Origin: Selaginella moellendorffii
Lineage: Eukaryota > Plantae > Lycopodiophyta
Assembly: GCF_000143415.4 (NCBI RefSeq)
Contig: NW_003314290.1
Span: 1,788,454 to 1,852,453 of the forward strand
Length of the DNA: 64,000 nt
Reading direction: 5' to 3'
Part shown: piece by piece, positions 46,976-58,534 of the stretch
Position numbering within the stretch: the stretch's first letter is position 1
How the letters are laid out: each line of letters opens with the position of its first letter
The notes under the pieces: generated by a model
What the model was told of the DNA's origin: nothing
Seen by the model: only the letters and a program-made list of their open reading frames with translations
Database searches by the model: none
Translations under genes and position numbers: made by a program

Positions 46976-47570
46976 GTGTTGAGGATTTCCTCACTGGAGC
47001 TGGAGCACCTTTTCTATCTAATGTATATGCTGTTTTGATAGAAAGATAGACTAATGATGCAACAATAGTGGTTGATGGATGCTAGAATTGGCCACTCCAG
47101 TTCTCTCCTTTGTTTTGAGGGATTCAGGTCAGCTTCAATGATCATCTCACGAGTCGCTAACATTTGGAATGATGTTAGCACGAATCATTCATTCACTTCT
47201 ATTACTTCCTTCTTTTCTTGTAGATGCAAAAATCCAGTTGCATTCTTCTCAAGTCGTGATGGGTCATATGGCATCGGCTACAAAACGCTTAGAAGACGAA
47301 AAGTTTTGTGACGAACCAGTGAAGTATAAACGCATTGCTCGTCTTAAGTTCCAACTTTCTGAGCTACAGATCCAGAAGGATGTGAGAAATCTTCACAGTA
47401 CAGCGCCAAACGCGAGCGATTCCAGAAAAAAACCTCTGCTCCTTGCTTGGTCTCACCGGCACTTGGCGTGAAACCTTTCGCAACGATGAAAGATTTCAAC
47501 TATGCCCAAACATAAAATGCCACTCAGTTCTTCACCACTTTATTTTTTACTCTATGCATGGGTTTAGGTT

Positions 47571-49056
47571 ATGGCTGGAGTAGCAGCACCGGCATGGAGC
47601 GCGACGCTTTGGCCTCCGCAGCCTCGATGCAGCTCCCAAAAATCTCTGGCCCGGTCTTGCTTCTGTGCCGCCAGCGACGAATCGACATCGACCCTCAAGA
47701 ATGTGAGTCATCCTTTCGATTGTCCGGCAGGCACTGTGAAATGCGATCGATCTTTCTTTGTTTTAGGACTTTCGGCTGAGGACCTCAAGACAGGAGGATG
47801 ACTCCGATGTTCTAATCGAATGCCGCGACGTCTACAAATCCTTTGGCGAGAAGCACATCCTCAAAGGAGCCAGTTTCAAGGTGTGGATTGAGCAGCATAA
47901 CGACTGTCACTCTCTAAATCCTTTTCTTTTTGTGCAGGTCCGCCATGGTGAGGCTGTGGGAATTATTGGACCTTCTGGAACAGGAAAGTCCACGATTTTG
48001 AAGATTATGGCTGGACTTCTTGTTCCTGACAAGGTTTCATCCGTTTTTTTTTTTTTTTGTATTTCTGATTTGCTCTTCCTCGATGTTCTTCAGGGAGAAG
48101 TTTTCATCCGAGGAGTAAGACGGGATGGATTAATCAGTGACCAAGATGTTTCCGGATTGCGAATAGGACTGGTAACATACTGAACTACGTCTTTACCGCC
48201 CGTGTATTATCGGCTTACGAGCTTTGCAGGTTTTTCAAAGCGCAGCGCTGTTTGATTCGCTCACAGTTCGAGAAAATGTCGGATTTATGCTGTAAGAAGC
48301 TGTGGTCGTTCTCTGTTTTCTATCCGAGTACTTGACTTGATTGTTTTGGGCAGCTATGAGCGGCAAAGTCTTCCCAAGGAGAGAATCAACGAGCTAGTAA
48401 GGGACAGTTTGGCGTCAGTCGGGCTCAAGGTGCTAAATCCTTTTTTACGTTATTGCAGTGTTTGATGTGTGTTTGCTTGTTCAGGGAGTTGAAGAAAGGT
48501 TACCAGCCGAGCTCTCTGGAGGAATGAAAAAACGGGTGGCGTTAGCTCGCGCTATAATTTCAGACGAACGCGAGGAAACGAATGAACCCGAGGTTAGTTT
48601 TTTGCTAGCATGATATTCGTAGATCAGAATTCTCCTTCACAGGTTGTCATGTATGACGAACCAACTGCTGGACTCGATCCCATTGCTTCGACTGTTGTCG
48701 AGGATCTTATTCGGTCAGTACACATCAAAGGGCGTGATGCAAGAGGAAAACCTGGACAGATTACGTCTTACGTTGTTGTGACACATCAGCATAGCACGAT
48801 ACGACGCGCTGTGGACAGGTGATTTTTTTCTCGTTTCCACTTAGCTTGGACGATGACTAATGCTCGGTGTTTTAGACTACTTTTCTTGCACGATGGTAAA
48901 ATCGTATGGGAAGGGGAGACTTCCAAGTTCGGTAATACTTCCAATCCTATAGTTCGTCAGGTTCGTGTCGATTATTTTGGTCGTTGATTGAGTGAGATGG
49001 CCTTGTTTGTGTTACAGTTCGCAGAAGGCAGCTTAAATGGCCCAATTCAGTATTGA
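47571..49056 (+). CDS. TGD3: TGD3 / ABCI13 plastid lipid-import ABC ATPase, multi-exon
   Basis: Transit-peptide-like N-terminus; VLIECRDVYKSFGEKHIL; GIIGPSGTGKST; ELSGGMKKRVALARA; YDEPTAGLDPIASTVVEDLIRSVH; FAEGSLNGPIQY. Confidence 0.95.
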
Positions 49057-50050
49057 TTGGTTTCAATCCTTCCAGAAATAAAGTTCTTCGTCACACGTCC
49101 ACGGGCAGGCTCATTCCTGGAGGCTTCCTCACGCCACAAAGCAGCGACTTGTTCTCGGTTACCGCAGCAGTGGAAGATGGTTTCGAAGGAAAGGGAAGAA
49201 AGGAGTGGCTTTGAAAGCCTCGACTGCTGAATGCCAGCAGACTGCCGAGACCATTACGTTGGACGGTAGACGACTTCGTACAGACAGCGCAGAGAAAGGC
49301 ATGGTTTTAATCATCTCCTCGGCCTTGGACAACCGGCCAGCTCGTCCGAATCGCATAGAATGCTTCTTTTTGTGCTGGACGCCGTGATCAACGACCATCG
49401 ACGTGAAGTAGTCCCGGCTCTTGTCCAGGCAGCCGCCATGGCTGCAAGCACCGTGGACAATCGCGATGCTGATCTCGTTTGGCCTGCTACCGTCCAGCAG
49501 CATGCAGTGGAACGTTTCGATGGCTAGCTGAAACTCTCGAGTAAGCACAGGTCCAAGCACAGGACGCTCGGGCATCTCCAGGAAGAGGGACACTGCTCGG
49601 TCGACGTCCATCCCGAGAGCATACGCTTGCAGGAGAGCGGCCCAGGGTCCAGGAGACGATGTTCTTTCCGGCATGCTGTCAAACACTGCTCGAGCCTCGG
49701 ACAAAAGTTTGTGCTGCGATCATGGCTGTCAAGGAACAACGCTGTGCTGCGGCATTCTCGACATCACTGGGTGTTGCCGCCGCCGCTGCTGCTGCGTCGA
49801 TCATCGTGTTCGAGGAAACTACATTCCTCCGCGGCAGACTCAGTGTCAATGGCAGTGGAGGGAACCAGGCCGTGCTCGGGCATCTTGGCGGCTCCGGCCT
49901 GCCCGAGAGCCACCATGGTCGCCGTCCACAACACGACGTTTTCCTCGAGAGTTTTCGAAGGTAAACATGGGTTCCTCCAAGAGCTTTCGTGGAGTGGGGT
50001 CTTCTACCATCGCCAAAGATTCAAACAAGGTACCGTGAATGGGCATATGC
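49057..50050 (-). pseudogene. Abridged tandem duplicate of the adjacent PPR gene
   Basis: Collinear with 50322-51530 but with many internal deletions and frameshifts. Confidence 0.88.
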
Positions 50051-50355
50051 CACCAATCCTTCCAAACCCTTCTTGTTATTTGTTTTACGACCATTGCATG
50101 CATTTGCGTTAAGAAGTTTAGATGCCGCACCGCGCCATCTAGCTGGGAGCACTAAAGGTGTGATCTGAACAAGGTGTTTTGGATGTCGTGCATGGCATCC
50201 AGGTCAACTTTTATAAGAAGAATCTCCACAAAAGAAGTTTTGTACACTGCACCGACTCGCAGGGAATTTTCTCTTGTCACCAGTGAACGCATTCCCGCTG
50301 CTGCTCCTCTCGTGTTCCAATTTGGTTTCAATCCTTCCAGAAATAAAGTTCTGCG

Positions 50356-52149
50356 TCACACATCCACGGGCAGGCTCATTCCTGGAGGCTTTCTCACGCC
50401 CTTGTCCTTCATCGCCTTCCACAAAGCAGCTACTTGTTCTCGGTTACCAGTAGAGGCATGGATATTAGCGAGCAAAACATAAGGTGAACTGTTACCTGGG
50501 TCCAACGCAATTAGCCCCTCAGCTGCTCGGCCTCCGACTTGAGCATTACGTTGGACAGTAGACGCACCGAGAAGAACTTCGTACTGCGCAGACGCAGGCA
50601 CGAAAGGCATGGTTTTGATCAGCTCCTCCGCCTTGGACAGCCGGCCAGCTCGTCCGAGAACGTCAACCATGGCATAGTAATGCTCCTTTTCGTGCTGGAC
50701 GCCGTGATCAATGACCATCGACGTGAAGTAGTCCCGGCTCTTGTCCAGGCAGCCGCCATGGCTGCAAGCACCGAGGACAATCGTGAAGCTGATCTCGTTT
50801 GGCCTGCTTCCGTCCAAGAGCATGCAGTGGAACGTTTCAATGGCCAGCTGAAACTCTCCCGACTGAGCACAGGCTCCAAGCATCGAGTTCCAGGAAACCA
50901 AGTTACGCTCCGGCATCTCCTGGAACAGGGACAGTGCTCGGTCGACGTCCATGCCCAGAGCATACGCTTGCAAGAGAGCGGTCCAGGAGACGATGTTCTT
51001 CTCCGGCATGCTGTCAAACACTGCTCGAGCCTCGGACAAGAGTTTGTGCTGCGACAAGGCGACGATCATGGCTGTCCAGGAGACAACGCTGTGCTGCGGC
51101 ATCCTCGACATCACTTCTCGAGCGTCACTGGGTGTTGCCGCCGCCGCCGCCGCTGCTGCAACGATCATCGTGTTCCAGGAAACTATGTTCCTCCGCGGCA
51201 TTAGATCGAAGACTTCCTTAGCATCGGCGGAGCGGCCGTTCTGGGCGAAGGCAGTGACAATGGCAGTGGAGGGAACGAGGCCGTGCTCGGGCATCTTGCG
51301 GAAGAACTCGGCGGCTCCGTGAGGATCTCCGGACTGCCCGAGAGCCACCATGGTCGCCGTCCACAGCACGACGTTCTTCTCGCGAGAGTTTTCGAAGATA
51401 AACTTGGCTTCCTCCCAAGAGCTTGTCAAGCCGTACGCCGTGATCATTGCGCTCGCTGAAACAACGTCGTGGCTGGGCATCTTTCCGTACAGTTCCTTGG
51501 CTTCTTCAAAGTGCCCACATTGGGCATATGCGTGGATCATAGGACTCCAAGACGTGATATCTCTCTCAGGCATTATATCGAAGAGTATTTTTGCGTTTGT
51601 GGATTGGGCTATTTGGCAGTAGCCAGTGATAATCCCATTCCAGGACACAACGTTATACTGTGGCATCCTTTGAAAGACAGCCTTAGCGAATTGCAAATGC
51701 CCGATTTGGGTATTTGCTTGGATTAGGGTATTCCAAGATACTATGTTTCTGTGGGGCATAGAATCGAAGGTCTCTTTTGCGTCGATCGCGCGGCCGCATT
51801 GCGCGTAGGCCGCAAGAATCGCATTGGTAGCGACTGGATCGCGCGCTGGCGCCAAGCCGTGGATCGATCTTGCTTCTTCCAGGTGCCCACTTTGGGCAAA
51901 TGCCGCAACGAGGATGTTCCAGGAGAAGAGATTGCGACAGGGGATGGAATCGAAGGCCTGACGCGCCGATCCGACGCTGCCGCATTGGGCGTAGCTCGCG
52001 ACGACGAGATTTCGCAGGAATGTGTTGCCGCGGTGGCTGGTGTGGAGGATCTGGGCGTGGAGCTGCCGGATGCGCAGAGTGTTCTTGGCGTTCTTGAGGA
52101 GGTGGGCGAAATAGTCTTGCTCCTTGAGAGCCTGGGCCCTGCAGCTCAT
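50356..52149 (-). CDS. PLS/S-rich PPR protein with E/E+ extension
   Basis: Tandem short motifs (F..MP.RN.VSW); LGACSHGG; EHYYAMVDVLGRAG; SPYVLLANI; KGVRKPPG. Confidence 0.94.
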   Translation of the reverse strand: MSCRAQALKEQDYFAHLLKNAKNTLRIRQLHAQILHTSHRGNTFLRNLVVASYAQCGSVGSARQAFDSIPCRNLFSWNILVAAFAQSGHLEEARSIHGLAPARDPVATNAILAAYAQCGRAIDAKETFDSMPHRNIVSWNTLIQANTQIGHLQFAKAVFQRMPQYNVVSWNGIITGYCQIAQSTNAKILFDIMPERDITSWSPMIHAYAQCGHFEEAKELYGKMPSHDVVSASAMITAYGLTSSWEEAKFIFENSREKNVVLWTATMVALGQSGDPHGAAEFFRKMPEHGLVPSTAIVTAFAQNGRSADAKEVFDLMPRRNIVSWNTMIVAAAAAAAATPSDAREVMSRMPQHSVVSWTAMIVALSQHKLLSEARAVFDSMPEKNIVSWTALLQAYALGMDVDRALSLFQEMPERNLVSWNSMLGACAQSGEFQLAIETFHCMLLDGSRPNEISFTIVLGACSHGGCLDKSRDYFTSMVIDHGVQHEKEHYYAMVDVLGRAGRLSKAEELIKTMPFVPASAQYEVLLGASTVQRNAQVGGRAAEGLIALDPGNSSPYVLLANIHASTGNREQVAALWKAMKDKGVRKPPGMSLPVDV

Positions 52150-52342
52150 CGGCTGACACGTGGCGGTCGTTTGTTGGCTGGCATTCTATCGCTTAAACCC
52201 TATCGCATTTTTGTTTTCAAGGCGATGGAAGCGCGGGAGGTGCACATTGGTGCGATGCTCCGCGCCATGGCGCTGTCGTGCAATCTCTAGCGGGAGATCC
52301 AGGACGGATGGCGCGTCGCCGCCCTCTCCAAGGGATTGCAAG
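52145..52342 (+). pseudogene. Remnant of the AAE14 promoter and exon 1
   Basis: Matches 56409-56660 with deletions (MEAREV..HIGAMLRAMA). Confidence 0.85.
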
Positions 52343-53108
52343 GATTGATCCAATGCGGGAGCATCAAGCCAAGAAAAGCTTGAAACGAGGCGGCCTTACG
52401 AGCAATCTTCCGCGTCTATTCTGTAGCGAGAGGTCTCCTGCATGGTTTTGTCAGATGTTATTGCCGAGGAACAAACAGAATTGGCAAGCGCTTTAATCTC
52501 TCGACAAGCACCTCCCGTAACTTGGTATGATTCTTGTCCAATTTCATTGCATATCGCGAGCTTCACCGCTGCAGCCTGGTCGTTGAACTTCACTCCATAG
52601 CTGCACAGGTAGGTTCCCAGGCGAATCTAAAAGGTCTAGACCATCGACCACCTGCATGGAACGATGTTTGTGCGTATCATTATAGATGAGAATAGACATC
52701 AAAGCTTTACCTTGGTGCAGCTTCACATATTTTGTGTTTCAAGAGCCGATTGATGCTTGCCTACATTCGGAAAACCAACGACTGCTACCCTGGCCTGTTC
52801 CAATTTGGCAGGGGAAAACAAGAGAAAAGAAAGTATGAACGAGCGAGAAAGAAAACCTTTGTCTCTTCGCTTCGAGTTTATGGTAGACAGGCTCACATCC
52901 ATGCTGCGAGACTCAATAGTGTGTGAGATCTAGGAAGATTGAAGTACACATAACATTCTCCATGACAAATTTAAGCAGTAGCCAGGAATCGTTGGAGACA
53001 GTCCAATACCATTATATTAGCATATTCTAGGCATAGTTATGTTAGCTGCTACTTTTTCCCTAAACGGGTTTACAGCAGTATGATCCAAAACAAAAAAAAA
53101 AAGACCAC

Positions 53109-54530
53109 TCATACGCACACCTCCGTGGTGTCGTCAAAATAAGTGCACCGATGGTGGATCGCAGTGTAAGGCGCCTCCGAATCAAACTTGGCCTTCATGC
53201 AGCGCCAGATGACATCACAGCGCCGCGGCACAAACCGGATGGGATGGACCTTGACACGCCCTGAGAACTCCTCGCCGAGCTTGACGATCGCGCGAGGTAT
53301 CTGGGTCCGAAACTTGGGCGGCTTTTTGGTAGCGTACACAACCCCGCTCACGTCCAGGCGTGTCACGCAGCTGCTGCTCTCCACGAGCTCCCGCACAAAG
53401 CTGATCTCGTCGCGCGCCCACCCCGCTATTCCGCAGGCCACCTCAATGCGGACACACAATGGAGCCTCCCTGCTGCTCCACTTGTCGAGGCTCAGGCACT
53501 AGAGGATCATATACCACGTCTTCAATGCAGAGAAGCTGTCAAGAGAATGTAAAGTTACCTTGATGGACGAGTGAGAAAGTGTGAACACCTCGAGGGCGGG
53601 GAATGGCTCCAGAAGCTGCGCAAGGTTGAGGGACCCCGGGTCGAAGATGGACGATTTCACAAACAAGTCAAGCCGCGTGATGCCACTCACGGCCGACGGT
53701 TGGCAAACAAAACGCTTGAGAATTTGCGTGACATCGGCAGCGCTTTGGCAGGTGTTTGTGAACGTTAACTTGTTGAGCTTGGACATGCGCAGGCCCTGGA
53801 TGATCCGCACGCCCGTGTGCGGCTTGATCCACTCGACGTTGCACGTAGACGGCAAGAGCTCCAGGCGCAGCTCCAGGCGCGGCACCGCGCTGACGAACAT
53901 CCACCTGAGCTTGGGCATGTCCAGGGCGAGAGAGAAGTTGGCGACGCTCTTGCCACGCAATGCAAGACAGTCGAGGCTGTGGCTCTTGAGCAAATACGTC
54001 CCGGGCGACTCCACCAGCAGCAGCATGAGCTGGATGTAGACGAGCGAGGGGCACAAGGCGAGGAGCTGCTGCATTGTGCCCACGTCCAAGCCTGTGAGCA
54101 TGACGCAGTAGATGAGACTGGGAAGCATTGGAGCCGCTGCCGTCGTCGTGGTGATCGCGCCGCCAAGCTTGACATCGTTGATGATGTGGAGGCACCGCAG
54201 CTGCTGGCAGGCGACAATGCTGGACCAGAAGCCATCCACATCGACGCTGATCGTAAGGGAGTGAAGAGTTTTTCCGATCGCCGGTAGCCAGCCAAGGGAA
54301 GAGCGTGGAGCGCTGTGAACGGACAAGGAGCGGAGATTGCTGGCGCTGCTGTCAAACCAGGAAAGGAAGCCGTACTGCTCATCCTCCAGGCTGAAATGTG
54401 TGACGAGCTTTGCCAGGCGCGCCCACCTCTTGCTCACCAGACTGCACCAATACAAGTGGCGCGAGGAGACGATTAGAGACAGGATCCGGGCGAGCACATC
54501 GTCGGGAAGATCATCCTCTCCACACGCCAT
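53109..54530 (-). CDS. F-box / LRR-like protein, 2 exons
   Basis: DLPDDVLARILSLI...CSLVSKRWARL; GT-AG intron at ~53500-53558 joins in frame to CLSLDKWSS. Confidence 0.82.
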
Positions 54531-54544
54531 TGACCTAACCCTAG

Positions 54545-54748
54545 GGCTGCAAGCACCGAGGACAATCGTGAATTTGGCCTGCTGGCCAGCTCAAACACTC
54601 CCGACAAAGGAGTGATATATCCTGTGACGTCAACGGGCAAAGTTAAAAAGGACAGGATCCCTTTCTAAGCTATAAAAGGTTTCATCGTCCTTTTTTATTC
54701 TTCTGGTGCTTGTTTATTGTTTTTGTGTCTGTTCGCGTTGACTGTATG
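54545..54748. other. Mini-mosaic: abridged PPR fragment + AAE14 3' end/UTR copy
   Basis: 54545-54605 = 50760-50863 abridged; 54621-54747 = 58472-58598. Confidence 0.8.
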
Positions 54749-55896
54749 CTGCCATAGTAGCATCCATCCGACTTGGGAGCAGGACGAGAGTTATCGCCAC
54801 GAAGAGATAAAGAAGACACACTTAGACAACGTAAAGTTTATCCAGGCGGAAAATCAGAAGCAGAATGACTATGTTCTCGAGGCCAACAAATTCGCATATC
54901 TGACTACTGCAGAGTTTCGACAGAGGTTCTTGACGAACATCACGCTGCAAAAGCCTCGAGAACCGTTTGGCAGCTTCAGTCACTCGGCCACACCGGAGGC
55001 TGTCGACTGGCGGACAAGAGGAGCAGTCTGTCCGGTTCGATCAGGCTCACATGGTATCTTATATCCTTTTCTTTTCTTTTCTATGTTTTCACCACCTGGA
55101 AGTTATGACAGGAAGCTCGGTGGTCTTCTCTGCCGCCGCAGCAGCTGAAGGTGCCAATGCCATTGCGACCGGAGAACTTAAGTGTCTGTTCGAGGAGGCG
55201 TTCTTCAAGTGCAGCAAAAACGATCTCGGTCACTACGATAAGGCCTTCGAGTTCATCATCGAGAATGGTGGCATAGACAGTGAAGGGTTTGGCCTCAACT
55301 TCCGGAACAAAACTTGCTTCTTCCTGGAGGTAGGGGCACTCCCTTTATAGTTCTAAGCTGATCACACTCTCTCTGTTCTGCTGTCTGTTGTAGAGGGACT
55401 TTACTATCGATGGCTACGAGCATGTTCTTCCAAACAACGAGGAGGCCCTGAAGAAGGCCGTCGCTCATCAGCCCGTGAGCGTGATGATCGACGCAGGATG
55501 CCCCGCTTTCAAATTCTACAAATCAGTAAGTTTTTCCTTTCCAGTAACAAAGGTGCAATGATTTTGTCATAACAGGGAATCTTGACAAGCTCTTGTGGAA
55601 CAGACCTCAATCACGCGGTGACGATCGTAGGATATGGCACTACCAGCGACGGAAAGAAGTACTGGATCGTCAAGAACTCATGGGGAACCGAGTGGGGAGA
55701 CGATGGTTACGTTTACATGCAACGAGACACTGGAGTTTCTACTGGTCTTTGCGGGATCAACATGAACCCATCGTATCCAACCAAGCAGGGATTCCCAAAG
55801 ATCCAAGACGAAGGTCTTTCGACTTCCAACGCTGCTAATATCAACGCTGATCTCTGGCCAGTCTCGGGCCTCTACTTCAGCAGGCTAGAGGAGTGA
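54749..55896 (+). pseudogene. Papain-like (C1A) cysteine protease, probably pseudogenised or inactive
   Basis: [34 protein letters not shown] and YWIVKNSWG present. The CGSCWAFS motif reads HGSSVVFS, and no in-frame ATG was found. Confidence 0.78.
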
Positions 55897-55933
55897 AGAG
55901 ACGTAGATTAGTGCCATATGTTTAAATCAATCG

Positions 55934-56170
55934 ACTTCTCTCGCAACTTCTCTCGCGCTGCTTGCTTCCCCCTCTTGCTTTTGCAGCTCCTGGGTCACTT
56001 TGGTCTGTGCTCCGCGAACGATACCTTCGTTTATGAGAGCTCCGACTATCATTGGGTGGATGTCGCTGGCCTCAGCGTCGGAGGCTCCAAGTCAGTGGCC
56101 AATCACTGAAAAAGCTTGAAACCAGAGAGAGAAAGCTCTCTCGGTGACGTGACGTCGTAAGCTTTTAGCA
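55934..56170 (-). pseudogene. Abridged R3HCC1L 3' remnant
   Basis: Reverse complement of 43255-43548 with deletions, including intron sequence. Confidence 0.8.
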
Positions 56171-56491
56171 GCTCTCGTTTTTTTAGGCTTTTCTCGTATT
56201 GTGTTGCTTCTTTCGGTTAGAGCTAAGTTCGTATATGTTTTTCGAAAATCTTCCTTCCCATCATTAGGGGTTAGCTGTGATATAATATTTTGTGATTGTG
56301 ATATATTATGTGTTTCATTATGTCTGCTCAAGAAGAGCAACCAAAAAAAACACTGGAGATTAGAAGCCACTGCAGCGCACAACACACAATATTTAAAAAC
56401 CTACAGAACTCATCGGCTGACGCGTGGCGTGTGTTTATTGGGTGGCATTCTATCGCTTAAACCCTATCGTTCTCTTTTTCTTTCAAGGAGG

Positions 56492-58534
56492 ATGGAAGCG
56501 CGGGAGGTGGAGGAGGACGCGCACATTGGCGCGATGCTGCGCGCGATGGCGTCGTCGCGCAAGATCTTTAGCTTGTCTAGCGGGATATCCAGGGCGGATT
56601 TCTTCCGGCGCGTCGCTGCCCTCTCCAAGGGATTGCGGGGATTGGTCCAATACGGGGAGCGCGTCGCGATTGCAGCCCTTACGAGGTTTGTGATTTCTTC
56701 TTAGAGAATCTTGGGACAGTCGATTTGTTTTTCTCTTGCAGCGAATACTATCTTGAATGGATGCTGGCAGTGCCCTGCGCTGGTGGAATCGTTGCACCTC
56801 TTAACTATAGATGGGTATGAGCTTTCTTTTTTTCTTTTCTCTCTTGGATACTTGTGACGCTGTTCTTTAGAGTTTTGATGAAGCAAATGCCGCAATCCAG
56901 CTTGTCCGGCCTGCGATTCTCGTTTTGGATGAACAATGCCGGCACTGGGGTGAGCCTCTAAGTGAACTATATCCGTGGATGATGCAAGTTTTTTTAGAAG
57001 AAGATTGCGAGAGTAAGTTTTTCTTTTTCCTCTCGTTTTTGAGGATCTCTCCTTCATGGCAGCTCTTCGTGGAGAGTCTATAATGCGTTGCAATGGAGAG
57101 ACCGAAACAAATCTGGATCTGTGTTTCGCTCCTAACAACATTGCTTTGATTTGTTTCACTTCGGGTTTGCTGTTCCCAGCTTTGACATACTTTGTGTAGG
57201 ACGTAACTTTGCATGTTTTGGTTTTAGGAACCACTGGAACACCTAAAGGAGTGTCCCTCACTCACAGGGCTTTGGTTGCGCAGTCCTTGGCAAAGCTTGC
57301 CATTGTTGGTTATTCGAGTATGGATGTATGTTCGAGGTACACTCTCCTCTACAAACGTTATATGTTTCTGGTCTTGATTAAGTGTTTCTATCAGGTCTAT
57401 CTTCATACTGCACCACTTTGCCACATAGGTGGGATTTCTTCTGTGCTGGCCATGGTCATGGCTGGAAGCCAGCAGCTTTTTCTCCCGAAGTTTGAGACTA
57501 GTGCCGTCCGCCAAGCCTTGAAAGACTACAACATTTCTACAATGATTGTGGTGCCGACAATTCTGCGAGACATTTTGGAGCCTGGGTGAGTCCATGTCTA
57601 TCTTCTTAGATCTTCTTTTCTAACAAAGCATTTTCAGAAAGAGTGGAAGTGATCAAGTTTTCCCCAGCATGCTAACAATTCTGAACGGTGGCGGGTCAGT
57701 TCCATCGCGTCTTCTTCCTGCTGTCAAGAAAACTTTCCCAAATGCACGGCTCTTCTCTGCATATGGTAAAACACGTTTGCTTTCTTCAGTAGCTGCTGAA
57801 GCCTTTTTGTTCCACGTCCAGGAATGACCGAAGCGTGTTCTTCCATGACATTTTTACGGCTTGATGGACATGTCCCACTTGGTGTGGGTTCGTGTGTTGG
57901 GAAGCCGCCTCCTCACGTACAAGTCGGGATAAAAGATGGTCGGATATTCACCCGGGGGCCTCATGTTATGCATGGCTACTGGGGACAAACCATAGAAACA
58001 GCAGGTGTTCTGCAGCAGGATGGCTGGCTTGACACTGGAGACATTGGAAAGATAGACAAAGCTGGAAATCTGTGGCTGCTGGGCAGAGCGAAAGATGTAG
58101 TGAAAACCGGTGGCGAGAACGTATACGCTTCAGAGGTGAGTGCGTATTTCCATCGATGAAAAACACTCATGCCTGCCGCAGGTGGAGATGGTTCTTTCTC
58201 AGCATCCATCGGTTTCTTCTGTGGCTGTTGTTGGCGTCCCTGAGTCGCGGTTGAGCGAGATCGTTGCTGCCGTGGTGAGGCTTCACGACGGATGGACATG
58301 GTCAATAAGCGAGCATCCCATGACGGTTTCTGAAAGTGATTTACGACTGCATTGCAGCAAGCAGGGGCTTTCGAGGTAACTCTGGGATTCAAGGCTTGAT
58401 GCATGATTGACCAAAGTGATTGTCACAGATATAAGATCCCAAAACTCATCGTTCAACGGCAAGATCCATTTCCTGTGACGTCCACGGGGAAAGTTAGGAA
58501 GGACATGATTAAGGCTGGCCTTTCTAAGCTATAA
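56492..58534 (+). CDS. AAE14: o-Succinylbenzoate-CoA ligase (MenE-like acyl-activating enzyme 14), multi-exon, C-terminal SKL
   Basis: ICFTSGTTGTPKGV; QSLAKLAIVGY; YLHTAPLCHIGG; AYGMTEACSSMTF; GWLDTGD; KTGGENVY; ends GLSKL. Confidence 0.9.

Noticed and set aside
47072-47471. Small ORFs upstream of TGD3
   Set aside because: No recognisable motif or splice structure.
10144-54382. Long antisense and alternative-frame ORFs over GC-rich genes (e.g. 40911-41759, 50539-51204, 20720-21424)
   Set aside because: Shadows of real CDSs caused by GC-rich codon usage; no motifs.
5145-58534. Biosynthetic gene cluster (dioxygenase, esterases, CoA ligase)
   Set aside because: No scaffold-forming enzyme, AAE14 has a known primary role, and housekeeping genes are interspersed.
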